A stretch of 62,702 nt of DNA, counting the filler, from Choristocarpus tenellus KU-1152 (lineage: Eukaryota; Protista; Phaeophyceae), in assembly GCA_964200185.2 (NCBI GenBank). It is 9 parts of 9 records of this genome, joined end to end, with 100 filler letters (N's around TTAATTAATTAA, not from the genome) between each part and the next. Parts side by side here need not be neighbours in the genome. Positions count along the whole stretch, not along the records: positions 1 to 3,530 come from CAXNAD020019428.1; positions 3,631 to 8,800 come from CAXNAD020011629.1; positions 8,901 to 23,048 come from CAXNAD020001269.1; 6 more parts are not named here. One strand, written 5' to 3'. Of this stretch, positions 1 to 13,509 are shown one piece after another. The notes under the pieces are model-generated. The model saw only the letters and a list, made by a program, of their open reading frames with translations, was not told where the DNA came from and did not search any database. The position numbers and the translations under genes are program-made. Positions within the stretch are counted from its first letter, which is position 1, and each line of letters starts with the position of its first letter.

Positions 1-149
1 AAAGGGGGAAAAACGGGCCCCGCCCCCCCCCCCCCCCAGATACTTTCACTTTTTTTGGCCCTTCAAAATGCCAGCCTTACTTTAAAACCTTCTGAATTAA
101 AGTTTGATCCAGCAGAAGTTGAATACCTTGGTCATATTGTTTATAGTGC

Positions 150-2500
150 AGGGGTATGTCTTGGAAAAGCTCAAATTCAAGCTAATGTTGACCTACCCAC
201 TCCTTGAACAATCAAAGACATTCATTCTATCCTTGGTATGTGCAATTTTTGTCGAGAGTTTATCCAAGATTATACAGACCCGACTGAACCCCTTCTAAAA
301 TTCACACATATAGAATTTGTAGCACGTCCTTCTGGTGAAATAGGAAAAGCATGGACATGGTGTCATGATGCCGCATTGGAAAAAATTAAAACAACATCAA
401 CACCGGTGCCTCTTTTACATTACCCTGATTTTTTTTTAATCTTTTGTGGTATATGAGGATGCTTGAAACTTGGGCAGGGGTGGTTTTCTTCCTCATAAAG
501 CATCAGATGATCCAAGAAATACCTCACTTCATATTGTGGATTACTTTAGCAAGAAATTTGATAGAGCACAACGAAATTCTTCAGCCACATACAAAGAATG
601 TTTAGCAGTATTCCATGCCAATAGCCACTGCCGCCCATATCTTTGGGGTCGACATTTGATTTATTCACTGACCATGCGGCACTCAGATATCTGTATTATA
701 TGCAAGACAGATAATATGTTGACACATTAGGCTCTTGCTCTCCAATGTTTTGACTTTACCGTTCATCATAATCCAGGCAGAGATAATGTTATACCTGATG
801 CCCTTTCTCACCTCTTTGATACTGAGATTAATCGTATGCTGAAAGTACTCCTTTTTGCAGGAATATTCCAGAAAAAACAACGTCAAGTACTATAACCCCA
901 CATCAAGCATATGAAATATATCCAGATCGCCTTCATGAATTAGATATAATTCAGAGTGACCGTGAACCTTTCAATAGTTCAGCGAACATATTTCCAACTT
1001 TGGACCACACCAAAATTCGTACAGCACACATGAACCAATTTTCTCTTTATTTTGCGTATTAAGAAGCCCCTAGTTCAGTGCCTTTACCTCCCCGTCAATC
1101 AAGGTATAGCATGTCATATTTTTATGTTGATGCTGACACTAATTTGCTTTGCCGATCATATTTTCCATGGCATACACGCAAACACCGTTCTTTTCGTCGT
1201 CAATTAGTGGTTCCAAAAGAATTGCATTCTCTGGTTTTACATGCTTGCCTTGATCATCCCGCTTCGGGAGGTCACTTCAGTCTTTCTCATACTCTTGACA
1301 AGATATGAGACTGGTATTGGTTGCCCATGTTTCAAAAAGATATTAGAAAATGGTGTGGGAGATGTCAACTTTGCCAACGACGAAGAACTTCTCACAGATG
1401 TCCTACATTGCCTCAAGGACAAATTCCTGCCACTCAAACATTCGAACAGATTACTGTTGATCTTGTACAATATAAAACCATTTCCCGTGCATGCCGGTAC
1501 GTTCTTTCGGCTATTTGTCAGTTGACACGGTTTGCTTTTCTCATTCCCATTCCAGACAAACAAGAGGTGACATTGCTAAAGCTTTGTTTGAAAGAATATT
1601 TTCAATATTTGGGGCACCCGAAATCCTTCATTCTGACCAGGGTTCGGAATTTGAAAATAAACTTGTTCTGGAATTGGAGGCAGTGTTTGGGTACCATAAA
1701 ACCCGTACCACACCCTATAGACCACAGGGTAACTCTGTTTTAGAGCATGTTCATTCTACTCTGCATCAAATGTTATCTATGTACAGTGACATAGCAGAGA
1801 ATAATTGGGTGACTGCTTTTCCATTCCTTCAATTGGCTCACAATACAGCATACAATACCACATTAAAAGACTGTTTTTCCTTCTTTTTGGACGCCGGCCA
1901 ATTTTACCGATAGATGTCATTTTTGGTCTATCATCTAAAACAACAGTAGTTGCCCAATCTAGTCAAGAGTTTATTCAACCAACAGCTGAGAATTTCCTGT
2001 TAGCTTTTGAATTAGCCCGTCGCAATCTGGGAGAACTGAATGCTTAAAAAAATGCTAGCAATTAAACTCTTGTTTTCCCCGTGTTTCAAGTTGGAGCTCT
2101 CACATTTTGGTGCACCGTCCACATACTGACCGTGACGGACCTAATCCAAAATTGAGTCACCCCTGGCGTGGACTTTTCACAGTGACTGCCGAGATTTCCT
2201 CTGTAGTTTATTGTGTCCGCAAACAAGGTGACATCAAAGATATTTCTGTCCACCTAGCCCATTTTGAAACCTTACATTCCGAACACACAACCACTGAACC
2301 TGATTTTATGAAACTCCATGAAGTTTTTCTTCGACAAACTTTGCCCTTACCGCGTCTTGATGATTTAGGATCCCCGGTAACCATTGGTCGTTATATTATT
2401 GAAGCCATTGTAGGACGCAAGTTTGGCCGTTGCCCTATGAAGATAGAATATAGATCGCACCTTATATCGGCAACACCATTGTCTCGATACACCTAACTCC
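150..2500 (+). mobile_element. Degenerate Ty3/Gypsy LTR retrotransposon pol (RNase H, integrase, chromodomain-like tail)
   Basis: Frameshifted ORFs in Gypsy order: RNase H-like YFSKKFDRAQRNSSATYKECLAVFHANSHCRPYLWG; integrase zinc finger H..GGHF...WCGRCQLC; core FGAPEILHSDQGSEFEN...TTPYRPQGN; PKLSHPWRGLF; tail RYIIEAIVG. Many stops and frameshifts. Confidence 0.92.
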
Positions 2501-3530
2501 AATACAAAACATTCAGTTGATGTCAACTCTGATCCATGAAAAGGTTTCCATACTTGATTGAACTTTATGCTGGAGGTGATATATGTTTGAAATATATTAG
2601 TGTTGCGAATTATATTTGTGTTTCAGTCAATGATTTGTGGTTGTTTTGTTCAATATATACATACATATTCCGCATGGATGTTTGTCTGCCCAATCTCAAG
2701 TTGTGCTTGAGTTGTTTTTTTGTACACGTGCACCCATGTATGAACGGAGAAGACCCAAGCTCATTTTTTCCAAATAACTCTTGCACACTTGTTTTATTTC
2801 ATTTCATTTTTTTTTCAGGAGGACAACTATTTTGTTCAACAGTTATTTCAGTGATGTTGTATGGCAAACTCCGTCCCCGTGTTTGTCCACGGTTTAAAAT
2901 TGACTTTCTTTTTACAACTTTGTTTCTAATTGATTAGAACATCCATGTGATATGCTGTTGAATTTTATATACGCAAGCATATACTGATTGGTGCTGCAGC
3001 TATAAGCTGTAATTTTGATCACAATTTCTGCGCTCCCTCTGGGAGTCTCCCATGTTCTTTTTCTTCCTCATTGGAGATGATAGTTCATTCCTTTTTATCT
3101 ATATCTCCTTTCTGGAGTTAACAGAAGTTCATGCTAAGACTAGCTAGTCCTTGCCCATTCCCCTTTTTCGCGTTGAAGACTTGACCAGACGTGGCCATGT
3201 CTGATACATCTAAATCTTGATCATTCCATTTGCCCAGATATGTTTTAATATCTCACCCCTGATCAAGGTGAAGCGGCACTGATTTGGTTGCCACCAAATC
3301 AATCTTAGTTACAAGGAGCTAAGCTGTGAGGCCTCACGAAAAACACTTTTTGCTCTGCATTTTTGCAAATTTGCAGATATTTTTGTGTATGCAACTGTCT
3401 TGCAAGACAGTATTTCCTTGTTGAGAGACATTTTTTTTCAATGCTCATGTCAGTTTTTCTGCACACACATTTCCTCCATTACCCATTGACACCTGTGTTG
3501 TTTTGATACCTCCATCAAACCATATAGGGG

Positions 3531-3630
3531 NNNNNNNNNNNNNNNNNNNNNNNNNNNNNNNNNNNNNNNNNNNNTTAATTAATTAANNNNNNNNNNNNNN
3601 NNNNNNNNNNNNNNNNNNNNNNNNNNNNNN
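3531..3630. other. Artificial contig spacer (44N-TTAATTAATTAA-44N); also at 8801, 23049, 25842, 32862, 36471, 48807 and 58186
   Basis: Identical 100-nt pattern eight times; TTAATTAATTAA gives stops in all six frames. Confidence 0.97.
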
Positions 3631-3955
3631 ACATCGCATCTCTCAGTCTGGTTGAGGGAAAGGACTACTATCACTTCGCTTGATACCCCCCCCTTCCCTC
3701 CTCAGGTCCCCCCCTTGCTTGACATCCCACATGAGCAGATCCTCCTGCGCAGTTGAGTTGTTTTAATAATTGTATATGATTGCTGGGTGATATTATTGTA
3801 ACCCTCTCACATTGGAGTTGGAGACACTTTGGGACAGACACAGTTAAGGACAGCTCCAGTGACCCAGAGAGTACCTTACCTTATGGAGATATTGAGGCAC
3901 AAATGAGATCTACCAGGAAGAGGAGGCGTATATTCTGCTTGGTTGTGGTCACAGG

Positions 3956-4519
3956 ACCTTGTCCCTGACCCTCAGTCTACAACACAGAGGTGAGAGGAAA
4001 TGTCCTTTTAGAGGAGTGTCGTATGAGCGTGAAAGACTTGTAATCTTCTACTGAAGTTTTCAAGTTCATTCGCACTTTGTCCTTGGTCTATTAATATATT
4101 TTTACAAGAATGATAGATGGCAAGCACCACAAAAGAAGAATTGCTTTGTATATGTTGAGCCGCTTTGTGTCTCCCATCTGGGACCCATTTTTCTCAACAA
4201 TATTGACATATTTACCTCTAAGTCCCCGCTGTATTAGATTTAGACTGGTCATTAGTCATACTATATGACTGGTTTTGCGGTCATGCTTTGCTGCTAAACC
4301 CATTGTGCCAAGCCTTGCCAAAGATTAGGCACACATCTACTTCATCCACTCTCTTGTGGCCCTGGCAGGGTGGTCTGCCTCAAGAAGCCATTTAAGGAGA
4401 AAATACCTCTACAAATAGACCAGGAGACTGTTGTGTCATTATTTGGAGAGGGGGTGGAGAGAGTTACGATTGCTTCGAATTTGTCTGGAAGGCATTTGTA
4501 TTCTTTAATTATGAATTAG
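3956..4519 (+). CDS. Probable last two exons of an unidentified gene
   Basis: cacag|GAC..CAGAG|gtgaga (about 3956-3989) splices in phase to ggcag|GGTGGTC (about 4369), giving DLVPDPQSTTQRVVCLKKPFKEKIPLQIDQETVVSLFGEGVERVTIASNLSGRHLYSLIMN*. No family recognised. Confidence 0.35.
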
Positions 4520-7500
4520 ATACGGTGACTGCATTGTCAAGAGGCACAAGTATTGTCTTTTGACTGGGCTGTTTTGTGAGAGGTAGTTTGTAAGAGCAGG
4601 TGGATGTTGTGGTCCTGTTGATGCCCCAGACTGGAGCAAAAAAGGGCAGTTGTAAAATTTCAAGTCGTTTGCTTATCTCATTGAGAATAGTGCAAGTTTG
4701 AAGCAAGAAATGCAACTATGTGCTGGATTGTCAAGGTTAGTCCTGCTATATTATTACATGGCAATGCAATAATATGCTGTGGGTTATCTAGTGAAGGTGT
4801 TTGTACGAACAAGGTGTTACTCCTCTTGCAAGGGGTGTAAATGCAAAGCAGTGCCCTTCTTTCGATATGAGATGATGAGTTACTTGATTGGCTTAGTTTG
4901 CCTGTGACACATTTGCATAGCGGTTGAAAGTGCATACAGTCACTAGAAGGTAGAACGTGACTTTTACAAGTGGTACACTATTTGTGCTATGTATCATGTG
5001 CACATCTGGGAGGGAAAACCTTTAATGTGTATTATATTTTAATTAGAATAATGTAAGTGATTGGAAAGTGTGCTCCGGTACTGCAGTAGTAGTGTCTTTT
5101 TGGTTTCTGTAAAGTCAATACCTATTTAATTCTTTCTGAACGAAGTGTATTTGACCCCAAGTGTGTATCTGTATATATATATATATATATATATATCCCC
5201 ACCTACTCTTTGTGTACATCACCAGCTTCTACTTCAATGTGTACCATATTGTATTAGTGCCTGTCAAGGTACTGGAAACCCCACCCCGTGTTTTGATAGG
5301 GCATTTTTTTTACTCACTGGCAGCATACGTGGGAGAGATTGCATGCACGCTCTGGGTAATCTCATGTTGTAGATGTATCTAAGCATATATGTATTGGCAA
5401 GACCTGACTTGTCTTTTGAACTCATACACACGATGGGTGGCCTCACGTAGTTTACATTATGGGTTTCATTCTAGTGGGTCCAGCCTCAAGCTTTGCTCAA
5501 AAGTCACCTGCAGTGACCTTGCCTCGAATGTGTCGACCATAGGGGAATTCACCCCTCATCCACTATCCTTCAAAGAGGAACTCATGCGATATACTCTTGT
5601 GTTTTGAGTGCAGAGTGTCAATGTCCTGTCAAACTCCTTGCAAACTCAAACAGGCTTGTTATGTCCTGGCTCGATTTCAGTTGGTATATTTAGCCTTGTG
5701 TACCATTGTATCTATACTATGTAGTAAAGTCTTGATCTGTACTTCCACCTCTGTTCCTGTGACAAGGGAGTAGTATTTTATTGGGTAGAGTGTAAAGCAT
5801 GCCTTTACACAAGCGTGGGTGTTGAAGATGAGTTCTTTCCTTAAGACAGACATGAGCTAATACAAGCATCAGTCACACATGAAGGAACTGAAATGTACCA
5901 CTCCCCAAGAACCACGGATAAAAATGGATACTAAGTAGGACTATGATGATGCCTCCATATTCAAGATCACCCTTGGCATGGTATTCTTAATTCTCAGCTG
6001 TCGGAAAAAATGGCTTCGAATCCTGATGCCATAATCATGCCGTTACATATCAGTTACGCAAGCATAGACCTTTTTACATAATCATTTGTACCTAAATATT
6101 TCTAAAATATCTATACATTCATGAATGTATTTATATATATATATATATGTATGTATTCTTGATGGCGTACTCCAGGGCTACCAGCAATCAGTAGCAACAC
6201 TGAGCTTGTGGGGGCTCTTGGCCCCTGTCTGAAACCACTCTCATTCATGAAATTCAAGCACTACCAAAATACATCCTCTTGCAGAGGGGGTTTTCGACAG
6301 CTTTTGTCATGAATCAAAAAGACAAAATACCTGGCTGTGGTCATGTAAACAGCTGTGTGAACAGGTCCATCTAGTCAGGAACATTCATGGTTACGGAGTT
6401 TCTAGGGTAGGCCCACTCAGTGGTAGCACTCAAATGTCAACACCAGCATGCACACACTGCAATTGGCCTGGAAAGGCATTTTGCTGGAGGGTCACCCTAC
6501 AATTTTGTGCGATTTTTCGTCATCCATCCCAACATGTGCCACCACCAACTCAACAGCAATCATACTGTTATGCTTGGTATCAAACCTCTACATTACAACA
6601 AGAGCAGAGAATGCAGTGAAAGAGTGCACGTAAAGAATAATAACCAGCACATGTGATCACTTCGAATCAAATATGGTTACAAGTAGTATCTTTTGGGTTA
6701 CAAATTACAGTTGCAATTTTTCCAAGTATGGATAGAAAGCACTTGGTACAATTAACTTCATACAGCAGTATCCACAAAATGGAAACACTCGAGAATCAGG
6801 TACGTACTTCTCCCTACGAACTCTTGGAACCATACATAGATATTTGAAAGGGTAGCACAAATTGATTTATTTCTTGCAGCAGAGAGTCAAGTACCTCATG
6901 CAATATTGAAGTAACAAGCTACTCCAGTGTAAATCTATTTATCACTGTATCACCATAGGAAGATAAGAGAACTTTTAGGGAAAATTATTCACCACGCTCA
7001 ATAGTCAGAGTATTTTCTTTTCACCACAGAATAACTCTCAGCGGAAAATTGCATTGATTAAGAAATCAATTTCATTCTGGGGGGGGGGGGAGTTCCAGCA
7101 ATGGCAACATTCAGAAAAACCTTAACCTTTTTGTGAGTACCAATACTGAGAGGTAGAAGCAGTCTCAATATACAATAAATGTTCTTGAAACATGTTTGTC
7201 GATTTCTGCCTTGCAGGATAGTAGGAGTTCTTTTTAATAAGGTACCCTAAATAAATTGACACATTTGTAGGAAGCCCTATATAATTGAAGGAACCTTCTC
7301 TTGTTCAAACACATCAACTTCATATTCATCCTTTTTGCTATATTCTACTGAATAGAGCTCAAAACCAGAGCAGTAGCTTAAAAAATATCATCTACTATAG
7401 TATGATGTATACATATATATATATATACAATGATAGCATATACTCCACAGCACTTCATACAATTCATTCAGACAGATATAAGCAAAGATATGGAAATTAT

Positions 7501-7903
7501 TGCGCTTGTACCCCATGTGTACACAGGTATCATTAACTGGGATGGGGAATAATATAAACTTTGTAGAAATCACATTGATTTTTGCTTTCCCCCCTACAAC
7601 CAAAGGGAGGAGGATCCTACACCTAATATATCTCATGGTCTGTCAGCAGCCAAGGAAGCCAATGCATTGGTCACAATACTTCAAATGCATTCACAATCAG
7701 CAGCATCACCCACATCCCCAGGGATCCAAGATTCCCACCCACCCACACCACACACACCACATCAAGTCAGTCGTCTGTGCACCCCATAACAATATGACAG
7801 CTTAGGCGAGTTTTGTACAGTGAGGGCTAAGGCTAGTTGTGTGGTTACAAAGCAAGAAAGCAAAGTATTCCAATATCCTAACCACAATATTAACCAAAAA
7901 AAA

Positions 7904-8011
7904 TCAAAAGACAGTCCCATCACTGATGATCTTTATGGGAGGAGCTCCAGTCTCTGGGCGAAGCTGCTTGGCAATGACCCTTCCCGCCTTCCAGGTACCC
8001 CCTTCCAGCAT
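7904..8011 (-). CDS. URC4: Terminal exon of a URC4/Urg3 (DUF1688) family protein
   Basis: Acceptor gatcag| followed by MLEGGTWKAGRVIAKQLRPETGAPPIKIISDGTVF*, matching the characteristic DUF1688 C-terminus (LEGGTWxAGR...PPI.I.SDGTVF). Upstream exons not found in the window. Confidence 0.85.
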   Translation of the reverse strand: MLEGGTWKAGRVIAKQLRPETGAPPIKIISDGTVF

Positions 8012-11000
8012 CTGATCAGTCCCCCCACACGCACACACCAGTATCAAGAGATAGAGAGGGGGGGAAGAGGAGATAACAATGCATTTGGGATACAGTTATT
8101 ACATTCTTCCCTAGTGTTCATTCAAATCAAAATGCTCTGGAGCAACTCAGATTCATTTTATGCGTTCAGGCCAGCTGTGCATACTGGACCTGAGTAAAGG
8201 AGTCTACTGCAAGTAGCGCTATGTGGCGCTCCAGAGCACAACAGTAGGTAAAGGCATCAACCAAGATTATCTAAAGTACATACTATCTGTTCTTTCACAT
8301 CAACCACGTTCTTTCACATCAACCACACTCATGAGCTAGACAATTTTCTTTAACAAAAGGTCAACTGGGGCAGTGGGGAGGGGAGGGGAGGGGAGGGGAG
8401 GGGAGGGGAGAGATTGGACACAAGGATACTATTGCATACCATATTATGTATACAGACTAGAAATCACAAACCCGAATATGTGTACAAGTAAAAATATATA
8501 ATATATGTACAGATAAAAAATATACAGGAATATATAGTTACAAATAAAAATATATAAGCACTTTGTAAATAACAAAAAAATATAATGTAAAAAGACTTTC
8601 CACGTTCCTACCACACACAATCAAGCACAAGAGAAGGCTTACAATCTAGCAATGGTACATGCACAAATCAAACCCTGCCCACAGATCTTCAATCGTATTT
8701 GAATTAAAATCACGACACAAAACTAAGTCTACCCATCTGTTCGCTCCTTTCCTTCCCCCCCCCCCCCCCCTCCCCCCCCCCCCCCTCTCCCCCCTTCCCC
8801 NNNNNNNNNNNNNNNNNNNNNNNNNNNNNNNNNNNNNNNNNNNNTTAATTAATTAANNNNNNNNNNNNNNNNNNNNNNNNNNNNNNNNNNNNNNNNNNNN
8901 CCCCCCCCCCCCCCCAGATACTTTGGGTCACTTGAAGAGCAGAACAGGAACTAACGACATGCAACAGATAACTCTATTCTCTCGTCATACACACATGCCC
9001 CATGAATGGATGCAGCCAGTCCTGGAGGGATCGATTTCATTTCTTTTACACCCAATGACATTTTCTAGATGCTGTCAAGGTCTGAGAAGTAATACAAGCC
9101 AGAGAATACAACTACCACAACGACAGCAAAGTTTACATTGGTCATATGACAAAAAGCCTTCCGATAAACCAACACTAGTCTAGGAGTACTTGTATACTGT
9201 TGTATGTAAACAAGAGAAATCAACTCCATTCACAATCCTACTGCTATAATACTCTAAGTAGGAATCTACACAATAGTTGCATTGTATCTTAAAACCAGTG
9301 ACTCTAACCCGCCAAAACAACCTACGTAGTTTTTGCCACATCTCCGCCTTGTACGTCTCTTTGCCGTCTCGCACCCTGTGTGTCCTAAAAAACATTTCAC
9401 GATGCTCCTACTTGTAGAGTGATACTTAGAAGCAATATATAGAGATAGACAGAAACTCCCAGGACTGACCAGCCTACCCATAGAATATTCTGTGCATATG
9501 ACAGAGAGGCAAGACATACGATAATCAGGCTCTGTACACGATCGGTGTGGCCTTGAGATGCAAGGAAGAGAATCAATGACAGTGGCATCAGAGCTTTGAG
9601 GTGCAAACAATTTTGTTCCATGATATGTAGCGCCGAGCATTACCCAATTGTGGGTATGGAGACAGGACCTGCTGCCCTTTTTCTGCTCTCTGCAACTCTC
9701 TCTCTCTTTCTGGCTCTCTCCAACATGAGGCCAATTTGCAGCCTGTGCATCCCACATGTCACACAATTGGACCACAAAAATCTATATTTTGTTCATCTCA
9801 AAAAGAGTCAAATCCCATGAACGTGTGGATGCAGGGACAAGAGCCAGTACAAGTTAGAATACACACAGACAGAAGGGATCGCTCAGTGTTGCATGGTACA
9901 CATGTGAGGGATGCCCAAAGTCTAGTAGGCTAGTAAGGGTACTTTGTGGAATAAATAAGTGTGCTTTCATATGGTGGTAATTTTACACTATGGTTGTACA
10001 TATGGAATGCAATGACCAACCTGCAAGAACCACTTGCTTCAGATATTGGCAGAGAGCAGAAAATGAACATCACTAAAACCTCAACAAATATAATCAGTTC
10101 CGTGATGCTCAGACCCACGTATCATAGCACCTTTGAAATGTTTTCACTTCATCGTGGGGACAATCTCTACCCATGGATCGAGGTCATACACATATGGAAC
10201 AAACGGTCAGATCTATGTATCATCAACAGAGTGGTTCACTCTGTCACCGCTGCCATTTGGCCCCCACTCCAGCAGCTGTACCAATCGTGTGACATTCAAC
10301 CCTTAAACCTCTCATCGCTTCACTATACACATGCCACCCCAGCCACTTTCAGAGAGGGATCTGTTGATATCATCTTATTTTAGGTAAGGTCCATGTGACT
10401 ATATAAATAGGGTGACACCATGATCAGTGATCCATCACCTTAAAATCGATCAGGTAGAAGTAACTTTCAATTTACACTGGTCAGATTGCACCTGTCCATC
10501 TGCCACATACAAGGGTAAGACATACAAACTGAGCCTAAAATGAGAGGATCTACTTGCATTTCATACGACAAAGGGAGAACATTTTGATGGCTTGAGTTGA
10601 ACATGTCAAGCCTAACAGGCCCAGCTCTTTGGTGTTCTCGATTCTCACCTTCCACTTAACGAGTAGAAAAGTTGTGCACAGGCAGTTGTACACAGGCAGC
10701 AAATCAATGTCTCGAAGTTACGTCTTTGAGCTCCAGACATTTACCTTCCCAGTAAGTTGAAAGATGCATTTCAACCAACACTCATAACCGTACCCTTCAC
10801 CTCCCAACAACGCAGTGCGACGACACCCTTCACCTCCCCCCTTCAAAGTCCAAGTTGGTGTAGTAGCATAGATACTCAAGGCTGCTGAGCACATCACTAT
10901 TTCTCCAAAGCTTTCATGTGTCAATCACATGCGGCAATGTAGAGTACCCACTCTTTTGTCAAGAAAAAAAAATATCTTAACAACAGTTCTGATTAATGCT

Positions 11001-12017
11001 TATTATTTTTTGGTACACCTTGTCTCACTCTGCTTTGATTTGGGATGCAACGATACACAGATACAGGCTGTCAAGTAACTGATGTCATCCTACCCAAACT
11101 GCGTACTAAAGACAACACATGTTCCTGTCAATTTCTTGTTGGATTCTTGCCACCCTCTTCACTACAAATACAAATTGGAGAGGTTGAGGCTGCATTCACT
11201 GCATATCTTGCCTTCCAATTTTTCCATCCCCTAAGCTCTTTCCCCCTTAAAACATGCACACACCATTGTACACGAATCTCAGAACACCACCAGACTAGAC
11301 CTGCCATCAATAGTTTGGAAGGGTAGCTACTAGCTGTACCAGGCAACCAAAGACCTTGTCGAAGATTGTCGGCACAAAATTGATGAAACCCCGAGCTCCA
11401 TGCCGATCATACGATTCGAAATTCTTCAAACCAATAACACGACAAGGAGTAAGCGTTCACACACTCAACACACAAGCACACACATCCCCCCCAACAGACG
11501 TCACATGACCCAATACAGAAATTCCAAGGCGGGGGAGCAAGCTGAAAAAGCCTGTACAGTTTGTCAGCAAGTTTATAACCCCTACCTCCCCTCCCCTCTC
11601 ATCCATCCCCTTTTGTTTCACATTTTGTGTAATGTCGTACATAATTTCGTTTTAAGAGGATATCACAAGGCTTTGCACAACTCGTACTTCTTTTATCTGG
11701 TTGACTGCTTCACAGCTTCACATCTCATTACCAACAACTACTTGTGGTAAGTTTCTACATTTATACTTCAGGGGTATATTATGCCCCCACAACCTCGCAC
11801 TAAGGAGATCAGTACTATCACTGACCACAACCACAGGGGAGGCTCAAGGTCCTTTCCCCTCACATTACAACCTCATTTTCAATAAATCAAACGGTATTTA
11901 CTAGACCTTTGTCCCTTTTTTCTTCCTTATGTACAAAGGGCTCCACGCCGTTGAACTCATTGACATTTTTCATGTGCGTAACTTATGGACAATCTAACTC
12001 CAAGCACTGATTGCTCC

Positions 12018-13435
12018 CTAGTTGCGTCCAGAAGGAGGTTGATTGATCTGGTGGCACTTCTTTACTGTTGGCTTGACAAAGTTGCCCTGTAACTCGAGTA
12101 CCATGAAGGGGGGCACAGGTGACAGTTGTGGCAGGGGAACCAAGGATAGAAAAAGGCTGCAATCTGCCTAACTCAATGACATATAGATTGAACACGCATG
12201 TCAAAGCAGTACTGGCATGAGGACTATCCAGGAACACTTCCTTTTGAATGATCAGGTACACCGATAAGCACTGAATTGTTCGAACACTACACATTTCCAG
12301 TACAAAACTGCAAATTACGCTACACCCAAACATAACTCCTAAACATCTCCAATTCCACCAGTTTGTAACCAGGCCTAGATCTGTATGTACAAGGTGCGCC
12401 ATTGAAGTCCTTACCCAGTCTGAGACTTATTCCATCGATGGTATACCAAAAGAGAGAAGTCGGTATCCACAAGAACAGCTACGCCAGGACAACACAAACT
12501 CTCATTTACCTTGCTCTTGGTAGAAGTGCTTGAACCATCCCTCCTAGGTTGTATCATCTTCTCACTCCCAAGACTTGTTATCTTCGCCGGCCTCTGAGAT
12601 ACGTCGTGGTGAAGTGCTGCCGCACAGTGATTGACAAAAGAACTTGGGATCAGGACTGGCGAGGGTGGAGAAAATATTACTCCAACGGAATGCAGGTGCG
12701 ATTTGAGGCGACGCATTAGGTACTATTGGGGAGGGCAGGCGTATCTTTTTATTCAACCTTTTTTCTATGTAGCTAATGCCATTATTCCTGAAACATTTTG
12801 TGCTCAATGAGTTACACACACCGTTAATCCGGTCCTGTAAGAGGGAGTGTAGTTCCTCTTGGTGTTCAAGATCTTCTAACATGGCCATCTCAAGATTGAA
12901 CGCGTCGACAGCAGCGAGCTCCTCATGATCTGTATACCAATAACGCACGTGATAAGACGTAGAAGCGTAAGAATCAGCAGCCCGAATATAGGGCAGATCT
13001 TGCGGACTACGGCCCTACTTTACCAAGATCACACAAGAGCAAAGACAATGTGACATTGAGAACTAACAAAGCGAAATGACAATATGTACCGGAAATCCGC
13101 GGAAGCACAACACGCGAGACCCTTACCTTGTGGGGATACGGGGTAGACCGCTGGGTTGAATCTGCGAGGAATCAGGAGAGGGACGGCGAGCGGGGTAACA
13201 TGTGATCAGATCCAAGCACAGATCTTGAGACTTCGCAATGCTTCGAATACCGAGCACATATAGAACGGACTTACAGATCCTCATCAGCCACATGTGCCCT
13301 GTCAAAGGTGTGGAAAAGGTCGAAGCGATCCTCGTCAGGCTCCTTCAACACACATGAAGGGGTGCCTTGGTTGAACACCGGCATGCTCCAAATGAACTCT
13401 TTAGCATTGGGATTGAGCCTAAAATCAGCCATCAT
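12018..13435 (-). CDS. PAM2-motif (PABP-interacting) small protein with ERD15-like layout, ~172 aa, 5 exons
   Basis: Exons 13435-13275, 13161-13127, 12929-12822, 12655-12510 and 12086-12018, all GT-AG and phase-consistent (519 nt). N-terminus MMADFRLNPNAKEFIW (PAM2-like), acidic middle, C-terminus QRPAKITSLGSEKMIQPRR...HQINQPPSGRN. Confidence 0.72.
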
Positions 13436-13509
13436 GTCAAAGCCTTGAGAGATCGGGCAATAATGCTGTGCAGTTGAATATGCCTTCTGGCTTAGCTATA
13501 GGAATAAGA

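Noticed and set aside
3575-3586. Recurrent TTAATTAATTAA palindrome as a biological motif
   Set aside because: Always centred in N runs; it is an assembly linker.
8923-11900. Numerous 60-170-aa ORFs
   Set aside because: No recognisable domains or consistent splice chain; no URC4 motifs found.
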